From an uncultured delta proteobacterium (GTDB lineage: Bacteria; Myxococcota_A; Polyangia; Fen-1088), in assembly GCA_963737265.1 (NCBI GenBank), contig CAVTRY010000022.1, forward strand, positions 256,001 to 320,000: a stretch of 64,000 nucleotides of DNA, in the 5' to 3' direction. How positions within the stretch are numbered: position 1 is the first letter of the stretch; the number at the start of each line of letters is the position of its first letter. A program made the position numbers and the translations under genes. Of the stretch, positions 27,043 to 38,710 are shown piece by piece. Under the pieces are notes generated by a model, which did no database searches, had not been told where the DNA came from, and saw only the letters and a list, made by a program, of their open reading frames with translations.

Positions 27043-28146
27043 CTAGAGTCTCATCGGCATGATAACGCCGAGGTACTCAGTTCCGTCGCACGGTTTCACC
27101 AACGCTGGATCCAAGTCGCCTCCAAGCTCGATGGATACTTCCTTGCCGCTCATCTCGGCCAAAAGATCAATGAAATAGCGGGCGTTGAAACCTATCTGCA
27201 AGCCCGCCCCTTTGTACTCCACGTCAATCTTTTCCTTGGCGTTGCCAAGATCGGGATTGTCCGCCTCGATCGACAGCGCTCCCTTCTCCAAGGTGAACCG
27301 TATTCCCCAGGTTTTGTCGGATGCGATGATCGACACGCGCCGGAGCGCCTCGAGAAAATCGTCCCTGCCAAGAACGAGCTTCTTGTCGTTGTCCTTCGGA
27401 ATAACCTGGTCGTAGGGAGGAAATTGCCCTTCTCCCAGCTTTACCGACAGCACCATTTCGTCCGCCTTCAGGACGAAGTAGCCCTGGTCGACCCCTATTT
27501 CGCTTTCCCCCTGCCGTCCCTCGAGCGCCCGCCGGATCTCAGCCACCCCCTTCCTCGGCAAAAGCACCCCTGGTAAAATCTTCGGCCCTCCTGGAATAGA
27601 CCGAGAAATCTTGGAAAGTCGGTGTCCATCGGTCGACACCATGGTTGCTTTCTCGCCGTCGCTCTCGACTAGGACGCTGGCCAGGTGGGGCCGCGTCTCA
27701 TCCTGCGAAACCGAAAGTATCGTCTTCGCGATCATCTCGCCAATGACCGAAGATTCGACCTTGCTGCACCCAATCTCTTCCACGCTTGGAAGCTTCGGGT
27801 AGTCGCGATCGCTCATGCCAACAACCTTGAACTCAGTTCTACCGCTTTCGATGTGCAGCCAGTTCTGCTCGGTCCTTTGCAGGTGAACTTCGTCCCCTGC
27901 AAGGCCCTTGACGATCTCGTATAGCTGACGCGCACCCACCGTAATTCCACCTTCCTCTCCAATCTTAGCTGGAACCGTCACCATCATCGCGACCTTCAAG
28001 TCTGTGGCGCCGAACAGCACTTGGTTCTTGCCCTGAGTTCGCACCAAAACATTTGCGAGAATGGGAATAGTGCTTTTCTTGTCTGCAATGCCATGGGTCA
28101 GATAGAGCCCGCGAAGGAGCTCATTTTTTCCAATCCGAATGTCCAT
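27043..28146 (-). CDS. dnaN: DNA polymerase III beta clamp
   Basis: STIPIL, ATDL, STDGHRL, GFNARY, C-terminal IMPMRL. Confidence 0.98.
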   Translation of the reverse strand: MDIRIGKNELLRGLYLTHGIADKKSTIPILANVLVRTQGKNQVLFGATDLKVAMMVTVPAKIGEEGGITVGARQLYEIVKGLAGDEVHLQRTEQNWLHIESGRTEFKVVGMSDRDYPKLPSVEEIGCSKVESSVIGEMIAKTILSVSQDETRPHLASVLVESDGEKATMVSTDGHRLSKISRSIPGGPKILPGVLLPRKGVAEIRRALEGRQGESEIGVDQGYFVLKADEMVLSVKLGEGQFPPYDQVIPKDNDKKLVLGRDDFLEALRRVSIIASDKTWGIRFTLEKGALSIEADNPDLGNAKEKIDVEYKGAGLQIGFNARYFIDLLAEMSGKEVSIELGGDLDPALVKPCDGTEYLGVIMPMRL

Positions 28147-28491
28147 CGGTCACCCTCTATCTGGTGCTGCCATCAATCAACACCCTCTCTTAATCTATAA
28201 GTTTTTGATCTACTTTGGGAGAAGTATTAGGGCCTGTGAATTTGTGGATAAGTGTAGTTCTCCGACGAAGATAACACTCTCGAAGAAGGGGATAAGTTGG
28301 CTCCGATGGGAGGACGAATAGGGGAGAACGCTTTGGGAGGACTTTTCATCGGTTTAGACACAGGTCTTATGGTTGGTGATCCACAGGCACAATGAAGCAA
28401 TATTTTCTGGCGTTTTGGCGAGATATCCCTCGGGACGTTGGTACTTTTCCGAGTTCCGACAGACGTTACGGAAGGACCGGTCGAAGCGCCG
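28147..28491. other. oriC: oriC (dnaA-dnaN intergenic)
   Basis: Perfect DnaA box TGTGGATAA (28243-28251); degenerate boxes at 28235, 28287, 28354 and 28377; GC spacer and AT-rich unwinding segment toward dnaN. Confidence 0.85.
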
Positions 28492-29607
28492 TCAGAGCTG
28501 ACGTAGACGGCTTGTCAGCGTGGAGATAACGCTGCGGAGACTAGGATCTGCTGCCATCTTTAGCTTGATCTTGCGAAAAGCACTGATGACGGTCGAATGG
28601 TCTTTCCCGCCGAAGAGGCTGCCAATTTCCGGGTAGCTTGTGCCCGTCAGATGGCGCGAAAGGTACATGGCAATCATGCGCGGATGAGACACAGCGCGGT
28701 GACGCTTTTGACCCTTGAGGTCGTGCAACTTCACCTCGAAATAGGACGCGACTTCCTGCTGAATGGACTCGATGCTGAGACCGGTCGGTCCGGAGGAGGA
28801 GAGGGTCTTGAGGACTTCGGCGGCGAATTCCTTGGTGATGGCACAGCCGGCGAGCGAAGAACGGGCCGAGAGCTGCACCAAGGCGCCTTCCAGCTCGCGC
28901 ACGTTCGAGCGCACGCACGTGGCGACCGTTAGCGCAACGTCGTCGGGCAGGTCGATGTTGACCAGTTCTGCCTTGTGCTTAAGAATAGCGACGCGGGTCT
29001 CGAGATCGGGATGACCTATCTCGGTGATAAGACCCCAGGTGAAACGGCTGCGCAGACGCTCTTCAACCCCCGGCAGCTCGGCCGGCAGCTTGTCGCAGGT
29101 AAGAACAATCTGCTTGTGTGCGTGGTGAAGCGCATTAAAGGTATAGAAAAACTCGTCCTGCGAGCTGTCCTTGCCTGAAAGAAACTGGACGTCATCGATC
29201 AAGAGAACGTCAGGCGCTTCCCGATAACGGAAACGGAACTGCTCCATCAGATTGGCGCAATTTCCCAGGCTATTCCTCGTTTGACGCCGCTGGGTCAACA
29301 TCGACCCGATGAAGCTGGAGACGAACTGTTCGCACGTCACGATTGTGATGGTCCACTCGGGGTGATGACGGTGGATCTCGTGGCCGATCGCGTGAAGCAG
29401 ATGGGTCTTGCCAAGCCCAACGCAGCCGTAGATGAAAAAGGGGTTGTACTTGGACGCTGGAGCCTCTGCCACCATGCGGGCTGCGGCGTGGGCAAACTGA
29501 TTGGTATGACCGACCACGAAATTGTCGAAGCTGTACCCGCTGTCGAGTCCTTTGGGACGAGCGGTCGGAGCCCCGCGATCCTCGACTGGTAGGGTTTCGA
29601 CTAACAT
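28492..29607 (-). CDS. dnaA: replication initiator DnaA (domains III-IV only)
   Basis: YSFDNFVVG, Walker A GCVGLGKTHLL, LLIDDVQF, RLRSRF, NVRELEGAL, domain IV GGKDHSTV. Confidence 0.96.
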   Translation of the reverse strand: MLVETLPVEDRGAPTARPKGLDSGYSFDNFVVGHTNQFAHAAARMVAEAPASKYNPFFIYGCVGLGKTHLLHAIGHEIHRHHPEWTITIVTCEQFVSSFIGSMLTQRRQTRNSLGNCANLMEQFRFRYREAPDVLLIDDVQFLSGKDSSQDEFFYTFNALHHAHKQIVLTCDKLPAELPGVEERLRSRFTWGLITEIGHPDLETRVAILKHKAELVNIDLPDDVALTVATCVRSNVRELEGALVQLSARSSLAGCAITKEFAAEVLKTLSSSGPTGLSIESIQQEVASYFEVKLHDLKGQKRHRAVSHPRMIAMYLSRHLTGTSYPEIGSLFGGKDHSTVISAFRKIKLKMAADPSLRSVISTLTSRLRQL

Positions 29608-29610
29608 TTC

Positions 29611-29653
29611 CTATCCACAACGATAGAGTCTAAAAAAACGTAATAATTATAAT
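29611..29653 (-). promoter_or_regulatory. dnaA promoter region with an autoregulatory DnaA box
   Basis: CTATCCACA (29611-29619) overlaps the SD; TATAAT on the minus strand at 29646-29651. Confidence 0.6.
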
Positions 29654-30170
29654 AACTTAAATACGACAATCCCCAATCTACCAACAGCGGCGGCTACGCG
29701 CGCTCTAGCTCTCGACACGCACGGCACGATGTGAGTCATCGTCAGCGGGACGCTCTTACTACCAACCAGCCTGCACGCCAGCAAGGCCAAAATTGATTCT
29801 TTGCCGATTGGTCGGAGAACCGCGGATATCCGCAGCCCGCCTTCTGCTGCCCGCACCTCAAGAACGGCCTATCGATCGTCTAACGGACTCCAAACGACTG
29901 GGATCGCTCGGGAAAGAGAGGTTACTTTGGACGTTGTTTTCCCCGCTCCTGAAATACTCGGACGAGTCCTACCGGGAAGTGCGCTAGCGGCCACGCCTTG
30001 GGCTTTGGAGCAATTGGGCGACCAGCAGGCGTCAACTCTCCGACGGGATCATCTCCCCGGATCGGTCGTCTCGCCTAACAAAAACCCATTTTCAAGGGGC
30101 CTATCGTTGACAGGGCGTGGCTGGGATGTTAGTTCTCCGTCCCCACACCGGGGAAACGCCGGAGGATCCA

Positions 30171-30320
30171 GTGAAAAGGACGTATCAGCCACACCGAAGG
30201 AGCCGGAAACGTACACACGGTTTCCGCAAGCGCATGAGCACCCCAGCGGGCCGCGAGGTGATCAGGCGCCGTCGCCGCAAGGGGCGCAAGAAGCTTACCG
30301 TTAGCGTTCCAAAGAAATAG
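30171..30320 (+). CDS. rpmH: 50S ribosomal protein L34
   Basis: MKRTYQP...[15 protein letters not shown]...[10 protein letters not shown]. Confidence 0.98.
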   Translation: MKRTYQPHRRSRKRTHGFRKRMSTPAGREVIRRRRRKGRKKLTVSVPKK

Positions 30321-30326
30321 GTCGCG

Positions 30327-30698
30327 GTGGAAGACCGAGGCCTGCACGAAGGGCTGGGCCGTGGTAATCGCCTGCGCAAGCGCTCGGGCTTCCTGGCGGT
30401 GCAGCAAGGTGGACGGCGTGTCTCGGGCCGAACCCTGCTTGTGTATGTCATGTCTCAGGCGGATGGAAAGAACGATCGAATGTCCCGCCTCGGCATTACG
30501 GTTAGCAAAAAGGTTGGCAACGCAGTCGTACGCAACCGGGTGAAACGCTGGGTGCGGGAAAGCTATCGACGGCTGCGCGATGCAAGACTCGCGGGAACCG
30601 ACGTCGTGGTGATCGCAAAGCCCGTCGCTGCGACGAGTAACTACCAAGACACGGCCGACGAGATCCGCGGCCTTCTGCGGCGCATTCTGCCATCATGA
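30327..30698 (+). CDS. rnpA: RNase P protein component
   Basis: [25 protein letters not shown]. Confidence 0.97.
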   Translation: MEDRGLHEGLGRGNRLRKRSGFLAVQQGGRRVSGRTLLVYVMSQADGKNDRMSRLGITVSKKVGNAVVRNRVKRWVRESYRRLRDARLAGTDVVVIAKPVAATSNYQDTADEIRGLLRRILPS

Positions 30699-30973
30699 AC
30701 TCACCATCTGAAACATTAGCTCGATTTGGCAAGGCACCGCTGCTGGTGCTGCTTCGAGCCTATCGCCTCGCCATATCGCCGGCGCTCGCACCCGCCTGTC
30801 GATTCGAACCGACCTGCTCGGCCTACGCCGAGGAGGCGATCGAGCGGTTTGGTCCCCTCCACGGTGCCTATCTTGCGCTGCGCAGGATCCTCCGTTGCCA
30901 TCCCTTTCACCAGGGTGGAATGGATCCCGTACCTTCCACCGCGCCCAAGGTCTCGCGCGCGATTTCGAGTTAG
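30695..30973 (+). CDS. yidD: membrane protein insertion efficiency factor
   Basis: [11 protein letters not shown]...[14 protein letters not shown]. Confidence 0.96.
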   Translation: MNSPSETLARFGKAPLLVLLRAYRLAISPALAPACRFEPTCSAYAEEAIERFGPLHGAYLALRRILRCHPFHQGGMDPVPSTAPKVSRAISS

Positions 30974-30981
30974 GAGAGGAA

Positions 30982-32640
30982 ATGGACAAGCGGCTGCTTC
31001 TCGCGGTGGTTGTATCCATGGGGATTCTATTCCTGTGGTTTAAGATCTTTCCGTCTGCGCCGGTTCAAGCTCCGCGCGTGCCGGTGGCGACCGAAGCGAA
31101 GCCGCGGCACGAGAGCGGCACCGATGCCGCCGCACCCCCCGCCGCCTCGCCTTCCGCGCGAGCGTCAAGCGCGTCCGCGCCGGAAGTCCTCGTCACACTG
31201 GAGTCACCGGAAGTCAACTACGTGTTCTCGACCAGGGGCGCGTCGTTGCGCAAGATCAAGCTCAAGGATCGCCAGTTCCTCCTTCGCCGCGATCAACCTG
31301 ACTCTGGCATGCAGATCGTATCGACCTCGACCGAAGACACGGCACCGTTGCGGACGACCTTTGCCAAGGCGGACTTTGCTTGGAACGACAACATCGCCTG
31401 GACGTTTGCCCGGCCTGCGGACAACAGCGTGGTCTTTCGCGCCGAGACCGACGAGGTGGCAGTGGAGAAGCGCTACACCTTAGAGCCCCAGCGCTACCGA
31501 CTGCAGTTTTCCGTCGTGGTCGAGAACAAGAGCAGCAAGCCCCTGGATCACAGCCTTCTTCTTCATCTTTATGGAGCGCAGGATCCCGAGAAGAAGGGCA
31601 GCGGATTCTTCAGCTATGCCTCGGCCAACATGACCGAGATGGTTTGCCACATCGGCGACAAAGCAAAACGCGCCACCGTCGACGCACTTCTCAAAGAGTC
31701 GCAGAGTTACCTGGGCGGCGTGCGCTGGGCGGCGGCTGGCGATAAGTTCTTCACCATCGCGGCGGTTCCCTTCCCGGAGAATCCACCGCGCGAGCGCGGC
31801 TGCAAAGAGCAAGCGCTCGATCCCACCACGGCCGAAGTCTCGTTGTCGTTTTCCACGCGGACCGTCGCGCCGGGCGAGAAGACCGAGTATCCCTTCATTG
31901 TCTTCGCCGGTCCCAAGTACACGAGCGATCTCGAAGCGGTGCAGCCCGGGGGCGAAGACGCCAAGCTCGCGGATGCGGTCGACGTGACCTTCGCGGTCCT
32001 GTCGCGGCCGATGTTGGCCCTGCTCAAGCAGTGCTACCGATTGTCCGGAAACTGGGGCGTCGCCATCATCCTGCTGACAATTTTCGTCCGCTTGGTCACC
32101 TTCTATCCGACCCACCGGACTCTCGTTTCGGCGAAGAAGATGCAGGGCCTGTCCGACAAGATCGCGGTCCTGCGCAAGAAACACGAGAACGACAAGCAGA
32201 AGCTGGGCGTCGAAACCATGAACCTGTACAAGGCGCATGGCGTGTCTCCCTTTGGCGGATGCCTGCCGAGCCTCATCCAGATGCCGATCTGGATCGCTCT
32301 CTTCTCCACGCTCAACTACGCCGTGGAGCTGCACCACTCGTCGTTCTTCTGGTACATCACCGACCTCTCGGCCAAGGATCCTTATTACTTAGCGCCGCTG
32401 CTCATGGGCTCGGTGATGTTCCTGCAGATGCGCATGTCGCCGCCGGGTACCGACCCGCAGCAGCAGAAGATGATGTCGGTGATGATGCCGGTCATGTTCA
32501 CCGGCTTCTCGCTCTTCCTGCCCGCCGGCCTTTCCATCTACACGCTCACGAGCTATCTCATCGGCATTCTGCAGCAGCTGTTCGTCAACCGCTTGTTCCG
32601 CGCCAGCCGTCGCAGCGTGGTGGTTGCGGCCAAACCCTAA
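30982..32640 (+). CDS. yidC: membrane protein insertase
   Basis: MDKRLLLA start, NWGVAIILLT, GGCLP..IQMPIW, DLSAKDPY. Confidence 0.97.
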   Translation: MDKRLLLAVVVSMGILFLWFKIFPSAPVQAPRVPVATEAKPRHESGTDAAAPPAASPSARASSASAPEVLVTLESPEVNYVFSTRGASLRKIKLKDRQFLLRRDQPDSGMQIVSTSTEDTAPLRTTFAKADFAWNDNIAWTFARPADNSVVFRAETDEVAVEKRYTLEPQRYRLQFSVVVENKSSKPLDHSLLLHLYGAQDPEKKGSGFFSYASANMTEMVCHIGDKAKRATVDALLKESQSYLGGVRWAAAGDKFFTIAAVPFPENPPRERGCKEQALDPTTAEVSLSFSTRTVAPGEKTEYPFIVFAGPKYTSDLEAVQPGGEDAKLADAVDVTFAVLSRPMLALLKQCYRLSGNWGVAIILLTIFVRLVTFYPTHRTLVSAKKMQGLSDKIAVLRKKHENDKQKLGVETMNLYKAHGVSPFGGCLPSLIQMPIWIALFSTLNYAVELHHSSFFWYITDLSAKDPYYLAPLLMGSVMFLQMRMSPPGTDPQQQKMMSVMMPVMFTGFSLFLPAGLSIYTLTSYLIGILQQLFVNRLFRASRRSVVVAAKP

Positions 32641-32685
32641 GCTTGCGCGGGCGGGCGCGGTTGCGCACGCTCCCCCGGGCCTTCG

Positions 32686-33301
32686 ATGCGCATTCGCCAG
32701 CACGTCAATCCCCTTCGCGCCGACTACCTTCAGATCGAGGTCGAGCGACTCGACCTGCCACCGACCCGACCTGTGGAAGTCGAGCTGGGTTCGGCGGAGG
32801 CCTACTTTCTCATGGATCGGGCCGCGGAAGATCCCGAACGCAGCTACGTCGGCGTGGAGATCCGTCGCGAGCTGGTGGGAGAGGCCAATGCGCTATGTGC
32901 TCGAACAAGGGCTCGGTCAAGTCCACAGCGTGTTCGCCAACATGTCCGTGGACCTGGTACGGCTGTTTGCGCCCGCCAGCGTGCATCGCTTCTTCATCAA
33001 TTTTCCCGATCCGTGGTGGAAACAGCGCCAGCGCAAGCGCCGGGTGGTGGGTGAAGATTTGGTCGACCAACTCGCGACCTTGCTGGGCCGAGACGGTGAA
33101 ATACACGTGGCCACCGACATCTTCGATATCGCGCTCGATGCCATGGCCGTGCTCGAGCGCGAGAATCCGCGCCGCTTCCTCAATCTCCACGCGCCCTGGA
33201 GCTTCCTGCGTGCGAGCCAATCTGCCGCACGCTCGCGCCGCGAGCGCTTCTGCGAGGAACACGGCATTCGTATTTGGCGGCTCGCCTACCGCCGCCTTTG
33301 A
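32686..33301 (+). pseudogene. trmB: tRNA m7G46 methyltransferase with a +1 frameshift near 32899 (possible sequencing error)
   Basis: MRIRQHVNP...EVELGS...VGVEIR in one frame; INFPDPWWK...KRR...HVATD in the +1 frame. Confidence 0.88.
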
Positions 33302-33311
33302 CCGTCGCTAG

Positions 33312-35312
<2,001 letters not shown>

Positions 35313-35325
35313 AGTTGCGGGCTCG

Positions 35326-35970
35326 ATGACATTGTCGCTTCAAGGCTACTATGCAATTGTCGACGTGAAGGGAACTTCCATTGATGTCGAGGATGTACGA
35401 CGGCACGCTAGCGAGTTGCTCGCCGCCCGCCCGTGTTGCATGCAATTGCGCGCCAAGCAGCTTGGTCTTTCGGTTTTGTGCGATCTTGGACGTGCCCTGC
35501 GTCTCTTATGCACGAAGCACCAGGTTCCCTTGTGCGTGAACGATCGCCTGGACGTGGCGCTGGCTGTCGGTGCCGACGTCATCCATCTTGGCCAGAACGA
35601 CCTGCCGCTCGCCGAGGCTTTGCGCGTGCGCTGCGCCGCTCGGGCTGAACATCTTAGCATCGGCATATCGACCCACGACCTCGGTCAAGCCAAGGCGGCT
35701 GCCGCAGGCGGCGCGGACTACATCGGTTTTGGTCCCGTGTTTCCCACCCAGTCCAAGACCGACGCCGATCCAGCCGTGGGCCTCGTGGCGTTGCGAGAGG
35801 CCACAGTGACTGTAACGATCCCGGTCGTGGCCATCGGCGGAATCACGCTCGACACGGTCGAAGAGGTCGCGCGCGCGGGAGCCAGCGCGGCCGCAGTGAT
35901 CGCCGCCGTCGACGGGGCAGCCGACCGCACCCTTGCCGGCCGGCGCATCGGCCTCGCCTTTCGCTCCTGA
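35326..35970 (+). CDS. thiE: thiamine-phosphate synthase
   Basis: [33 protein letters not shown]. Confidence 0.94.
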   Translation: MTLSLQGYYAIVDVKGTSIDVEDVRRHASELLAARPCCMQLRAKQLGLSVLCDLGRALRLLCTKHQVPLCVNDRLDVALAVGADVIHLGQNDLPLAEALRVRCAARAEHLSIGISTHDLGQAKAAAAGGADYIGFGPVFPTQSKTDADPAVGLVALREATVTVTIPVVAIGGITLDTVEEVARAGASAAAVIAAVDGAADRTLAGRRIGLAFRS

Positions 35971-35985
35971 TTCAGCTTGGCTAGA

Positions 35986-37293
35986 CTAGGCTTTCACGGC
36001 CAGCACGAACTTAAGGTAGTTTCCCTCGGAGAATCCGGGGTTCACGGGGAAGTCGGCGGGAAGGCCGTGGCGCTCGATGATGCGCAGGTCGTGCCCGAAG
36101 GCGGCTGCACCCTCGGCCATCGCCCGATCGACATCGACGGCCGATAGTTTCGCCGCGTTGGTGGCGAAGGCGAGCAGTCCTCCTGGCGCCAATACCGACG
36201 CCGCGGCGCCGGCAAGATGCCCCAGATCGGAGGTGGCTGCGAAGGGACGGCCCTGGCTTTGCGCATGGGAAAACGTCGGCGGATCGCACACGACGAGATC
36301 GAACAATCGCTTGCGGTCGGCGAATCGTTCCAGCGTCTTCATCGCGTCCGCCGTGATCTGCTCCATGCGAGCCGGGTCGAGACCAGAAAGCTCGTAGTTG
36401 CGCCGGGCGCGCGCGTGGGCCTTGGCAGATGTGTCGACCGCGACGACCTCGGAAGCGCCGGCCTTGGCGGCGCGTACCGAAAACGCGCCGGTGTAGGAAA
36501 ACAGGTTCAGCACGCGGCGCTCGGCGGCGCGCGCGGCGACCGCATTGCGGCCGAGACGCATGTCCGGATAGAAGCCCACGCCAAGGGGAGCCGTGACGTC
36601 CACGGCGAAACGACAATCCTCCTCTTCGACGACGATCTCCAGTGGCGCTTCTTCGCCCGCCGCCCTGACCGCCGGCTCGGGCGCCGCTTGTCCGCCGAGT
36701 GGACGCAGCCGCCGCTGGTCGTAGATTCCGCGCGGCGCAACCGATGCCGTGATCGCTTCGTGGAGCTCTTCGCGCCATGGCAGAGCGCCTGCGGACAGCC
36801 ACTGCACCACCACGAAGTCGCCGTAGCGGTCGACCGTGACGCCCGGCAGTCCCTCGTTTTCCCCCGAAAAGAGGCGCAGCGCAGTGGGACGGTGGGCGCC
36901 AAGGATCTGCCAACGGAGCTGCACGGCGCGCAAGAAACGCGCGGCGATGACGCCAGCCCCCGGGTGGATATGCTCCTCCGCGCTGCGTGTGAGGATGCGC
37001 ACTGCGACGGGGTGATCGCTATCGACGTAGCCGCGCGCTAGGAAAACTCGATTGTTGGCCACCAAATCAACCAGGGAGCCGGTCTGCTCCGTAACTTTGC
37101 GCGGGCCAAAGGCGTCCCTAAAAACCCAGGGATGTCCCAGGCGGACGCGACGGGCGATGTCTTCCGGCAACCTGTACATTCCTTGGCGCATCGCCATTCC
37201 CGCGTTGGATCGAGCGGGCGGTTGAGGCACGGGACGTTGCTCGCGATTCGTAGGGGCATTGCGGCGAGGCGGACGGCGGTCTTGGTTGGGCAT
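35986..37293 (-). CDS. RlmI/RlmK-family SAM-dependent rRNA methyltransferase
   Basis: PUA-like GHPWVF, EGLPGVTVDRY, VLNLFSYTGAF, DPPTF, NYLK. Confidence 0.88.
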   Translation of the reverse strand: MPNQDRRPPRRNAPTNREQRPVPQPPARSNAGMAMRQGMYRLPEDIARRVRLGHPWVFRDAFGPRKVTEQTGSLVDLVANNRVFLARGYVDSDHPVAVRILTRSAEEHIHPGAGVIAARFLRAVQLRWQILGAHRPTALRLFSGENEGLPGVTVDRYGDFVVVQWLSAGALPWREELHEAITASVAPRGIYDQRRLRPLGGQAAPEPAVRAAGEEAPLEIVVEEEDCRFAVDVTAPLGVGFYPDMRLGRNAVAARAAERRVLNLFSYTGAFSVRAAKAGASEVVAVDTSAKAHARARRNYELSGLDPARMEQITADAMKTLERFADRKRLFDLVVCDPPTFSHAQSQGRPFAATSDLGHLAGAAASVLAPGGLLAFATNAAKLSAVDVDRAMAEGAAAFGHDLRIIERHGLPADFPVNPGFSEGNYLKFVLAVKA

Positions 37294-37464
37294 TGAAAAT
37301 CGACCTGGGGCGACAGAGTGGGAGGCAACCTTAGTATGCGGTTATCCTCTGTCAAAGGTGAGAAGCGTATGTCAGGGATTGACTTTGCGACCCACCAACA
37401 AGAAACTCCCTCCACCCCCATGCCTTGTCGCACACGCGGCGGGGCTACAGAAAGGATTCTCTCA

Positions 37465-38523
37465 ATGTCGACTGGTCCCGGGCCGACACGCAAGGCTGGC
37501 GGATCCCGCGAAGCATCCGCCAACGAAGGCTCTCACCATCCTGGCAAGGACGAGGCGCCAAAAGAGAATGTCGATAGCGAACCGATTCTCGACGACGGAC
37601 TCGACGTGATGTTGGAGACGCCCGGGCCCGTGCTCGTCAACTCTTTCCTACCTCCGCCGCCTTCGCCGACTCCCGGCGCGCCGGAAGAGGAAGGCGACAG
37701 CGTGGAAGAGCCGGAGTCCTCGACCAATCTGGCCTACGAAGACCTGCTCGCCAAGCTTGTCCTTCCGGCCAAGGCGTCGGAGCCTGAACCGGCGCTATCG
37801 GTTCCGGTAAGTCCGCTACCGTCGCCGGACCCCATTCTCGCGGTCGAGCCGGTCAAGCGTCCGTCGTCGCCGAGCTTTCTCGTGGCGCCGCCCACGGATG
37901 AACGGACCTTGGTGACCGAGAACCCTTTGCTTGCCGAAGAGCAGGAAGCGGCGGTCCGCGAAGGGCGCACAGGATCGAGGGACATCCCACACGTCATTCA
38001 CCAAGAGATGCGCGCGGCTCTTACCGAACCTGTGAGCAGCGGTGCGGCCAATTCGAAGCTGCTGTACTTGATGCTAGGCGGTCTGCTGGTCTTGGGTTGT
38101 ATGATTATTGGGGTGTTGGTGTTGAAGCTCTTCATGCCCACGCCCGCGCCGCCGCCTCCCATCGTGATCAGGCCCGCCGTACTGCCGCCGCCCGCGCAGC
38201 CCACCCACGTTGAGCCCTTGCCACCGACCGAGGTCGTGGCACCCGCTGGCGCCCCTCCGAACCCGTCCGCCGCGGCGGCCCCGGCCGAGGTGGAGCAGAA
38301 GACTGCGCCTGGCGCGCCCGAGGAAGCGGCTGCTCCCGAGCCGGCACAATCCAAGGTCCACAAGAGCCCCGCCCGCCCGAAGGTCCCCCGAGCCGCGGTG
38401 GCGAAGCCGGCCGCGGCAGCCAAGCCCGCCGCGCCCGCGAAGGTAGAAAAGCCGGCCCCGTCCAAAGAAAAGAAGGCGGGCAAGTCAGGCGGCCACGGCT
38501 GGGTCGATCCGTTCGACAACTAG
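37465..38523 (+). CDS. Pro/Ala-rich single-pass membrane protein
   Basis: Acidic Pro-rich N-terminal half, one TM helix (LLYLMLGGLLVLGCMIIGVLVLKLF), Pro/Lys-rich tail ending GWVDPFDN. Confidence 0.7.
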   Translation: MSTGPGPTRKAGGSREASANEGSHHPGKDEAPKENVDSEPILDDGLDVMLETPGPVLVNSFLPPPPSPTPGAPEEEGDSVEEPESSTNLAYEDLLAKLVLPAKASEPEPALSVPVSPLPSPDPILAVEPVKRPSSPSFLVAPPTDERTLVTENPLLAEEQEAAVREGRTGSRDIPHVIHQEMRAALTEPVSSGAANSKLLYLMLGGLLVLGCMIIGVLVLKLFMPTPAPPPPIVIRPAVLPPPAQPTHVEPLPPTEVVAPAGAPPNPSAAAAPAEVEQKTAPGAPEEAAAPEPAQSKVHKSPARPKVPRAAVAKPAAAAKPAAPAKVEKPAPSKEKKAGKSGGHGWVDPFDN

Positions 38524-38710
38524 CCGCGCGGTCTGCCAAAGGCGGCGGAGCTCGGCGCCGACCGCGTTTTTGACGGTCTGACCTTGCTTAATGCCTGTCC
38601 CCCCCCACACGACGTCTACCCGGGAGGATCTTGCCTCGACGTCGGCCCACTGTTACGATCTTGACCACTTAAGGAGCCGCTCGCATCTGTCGACGGTTCG
38701 CAGAGGTAAC

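Noticed and set aside
29647-30304. ORFs upstream of dnaA as a split DnaA domain I
   Set aside because: No domain I-like pattern in the minus-strand frames I read; the plus-strand ORF overlaps rpmH out of frame.
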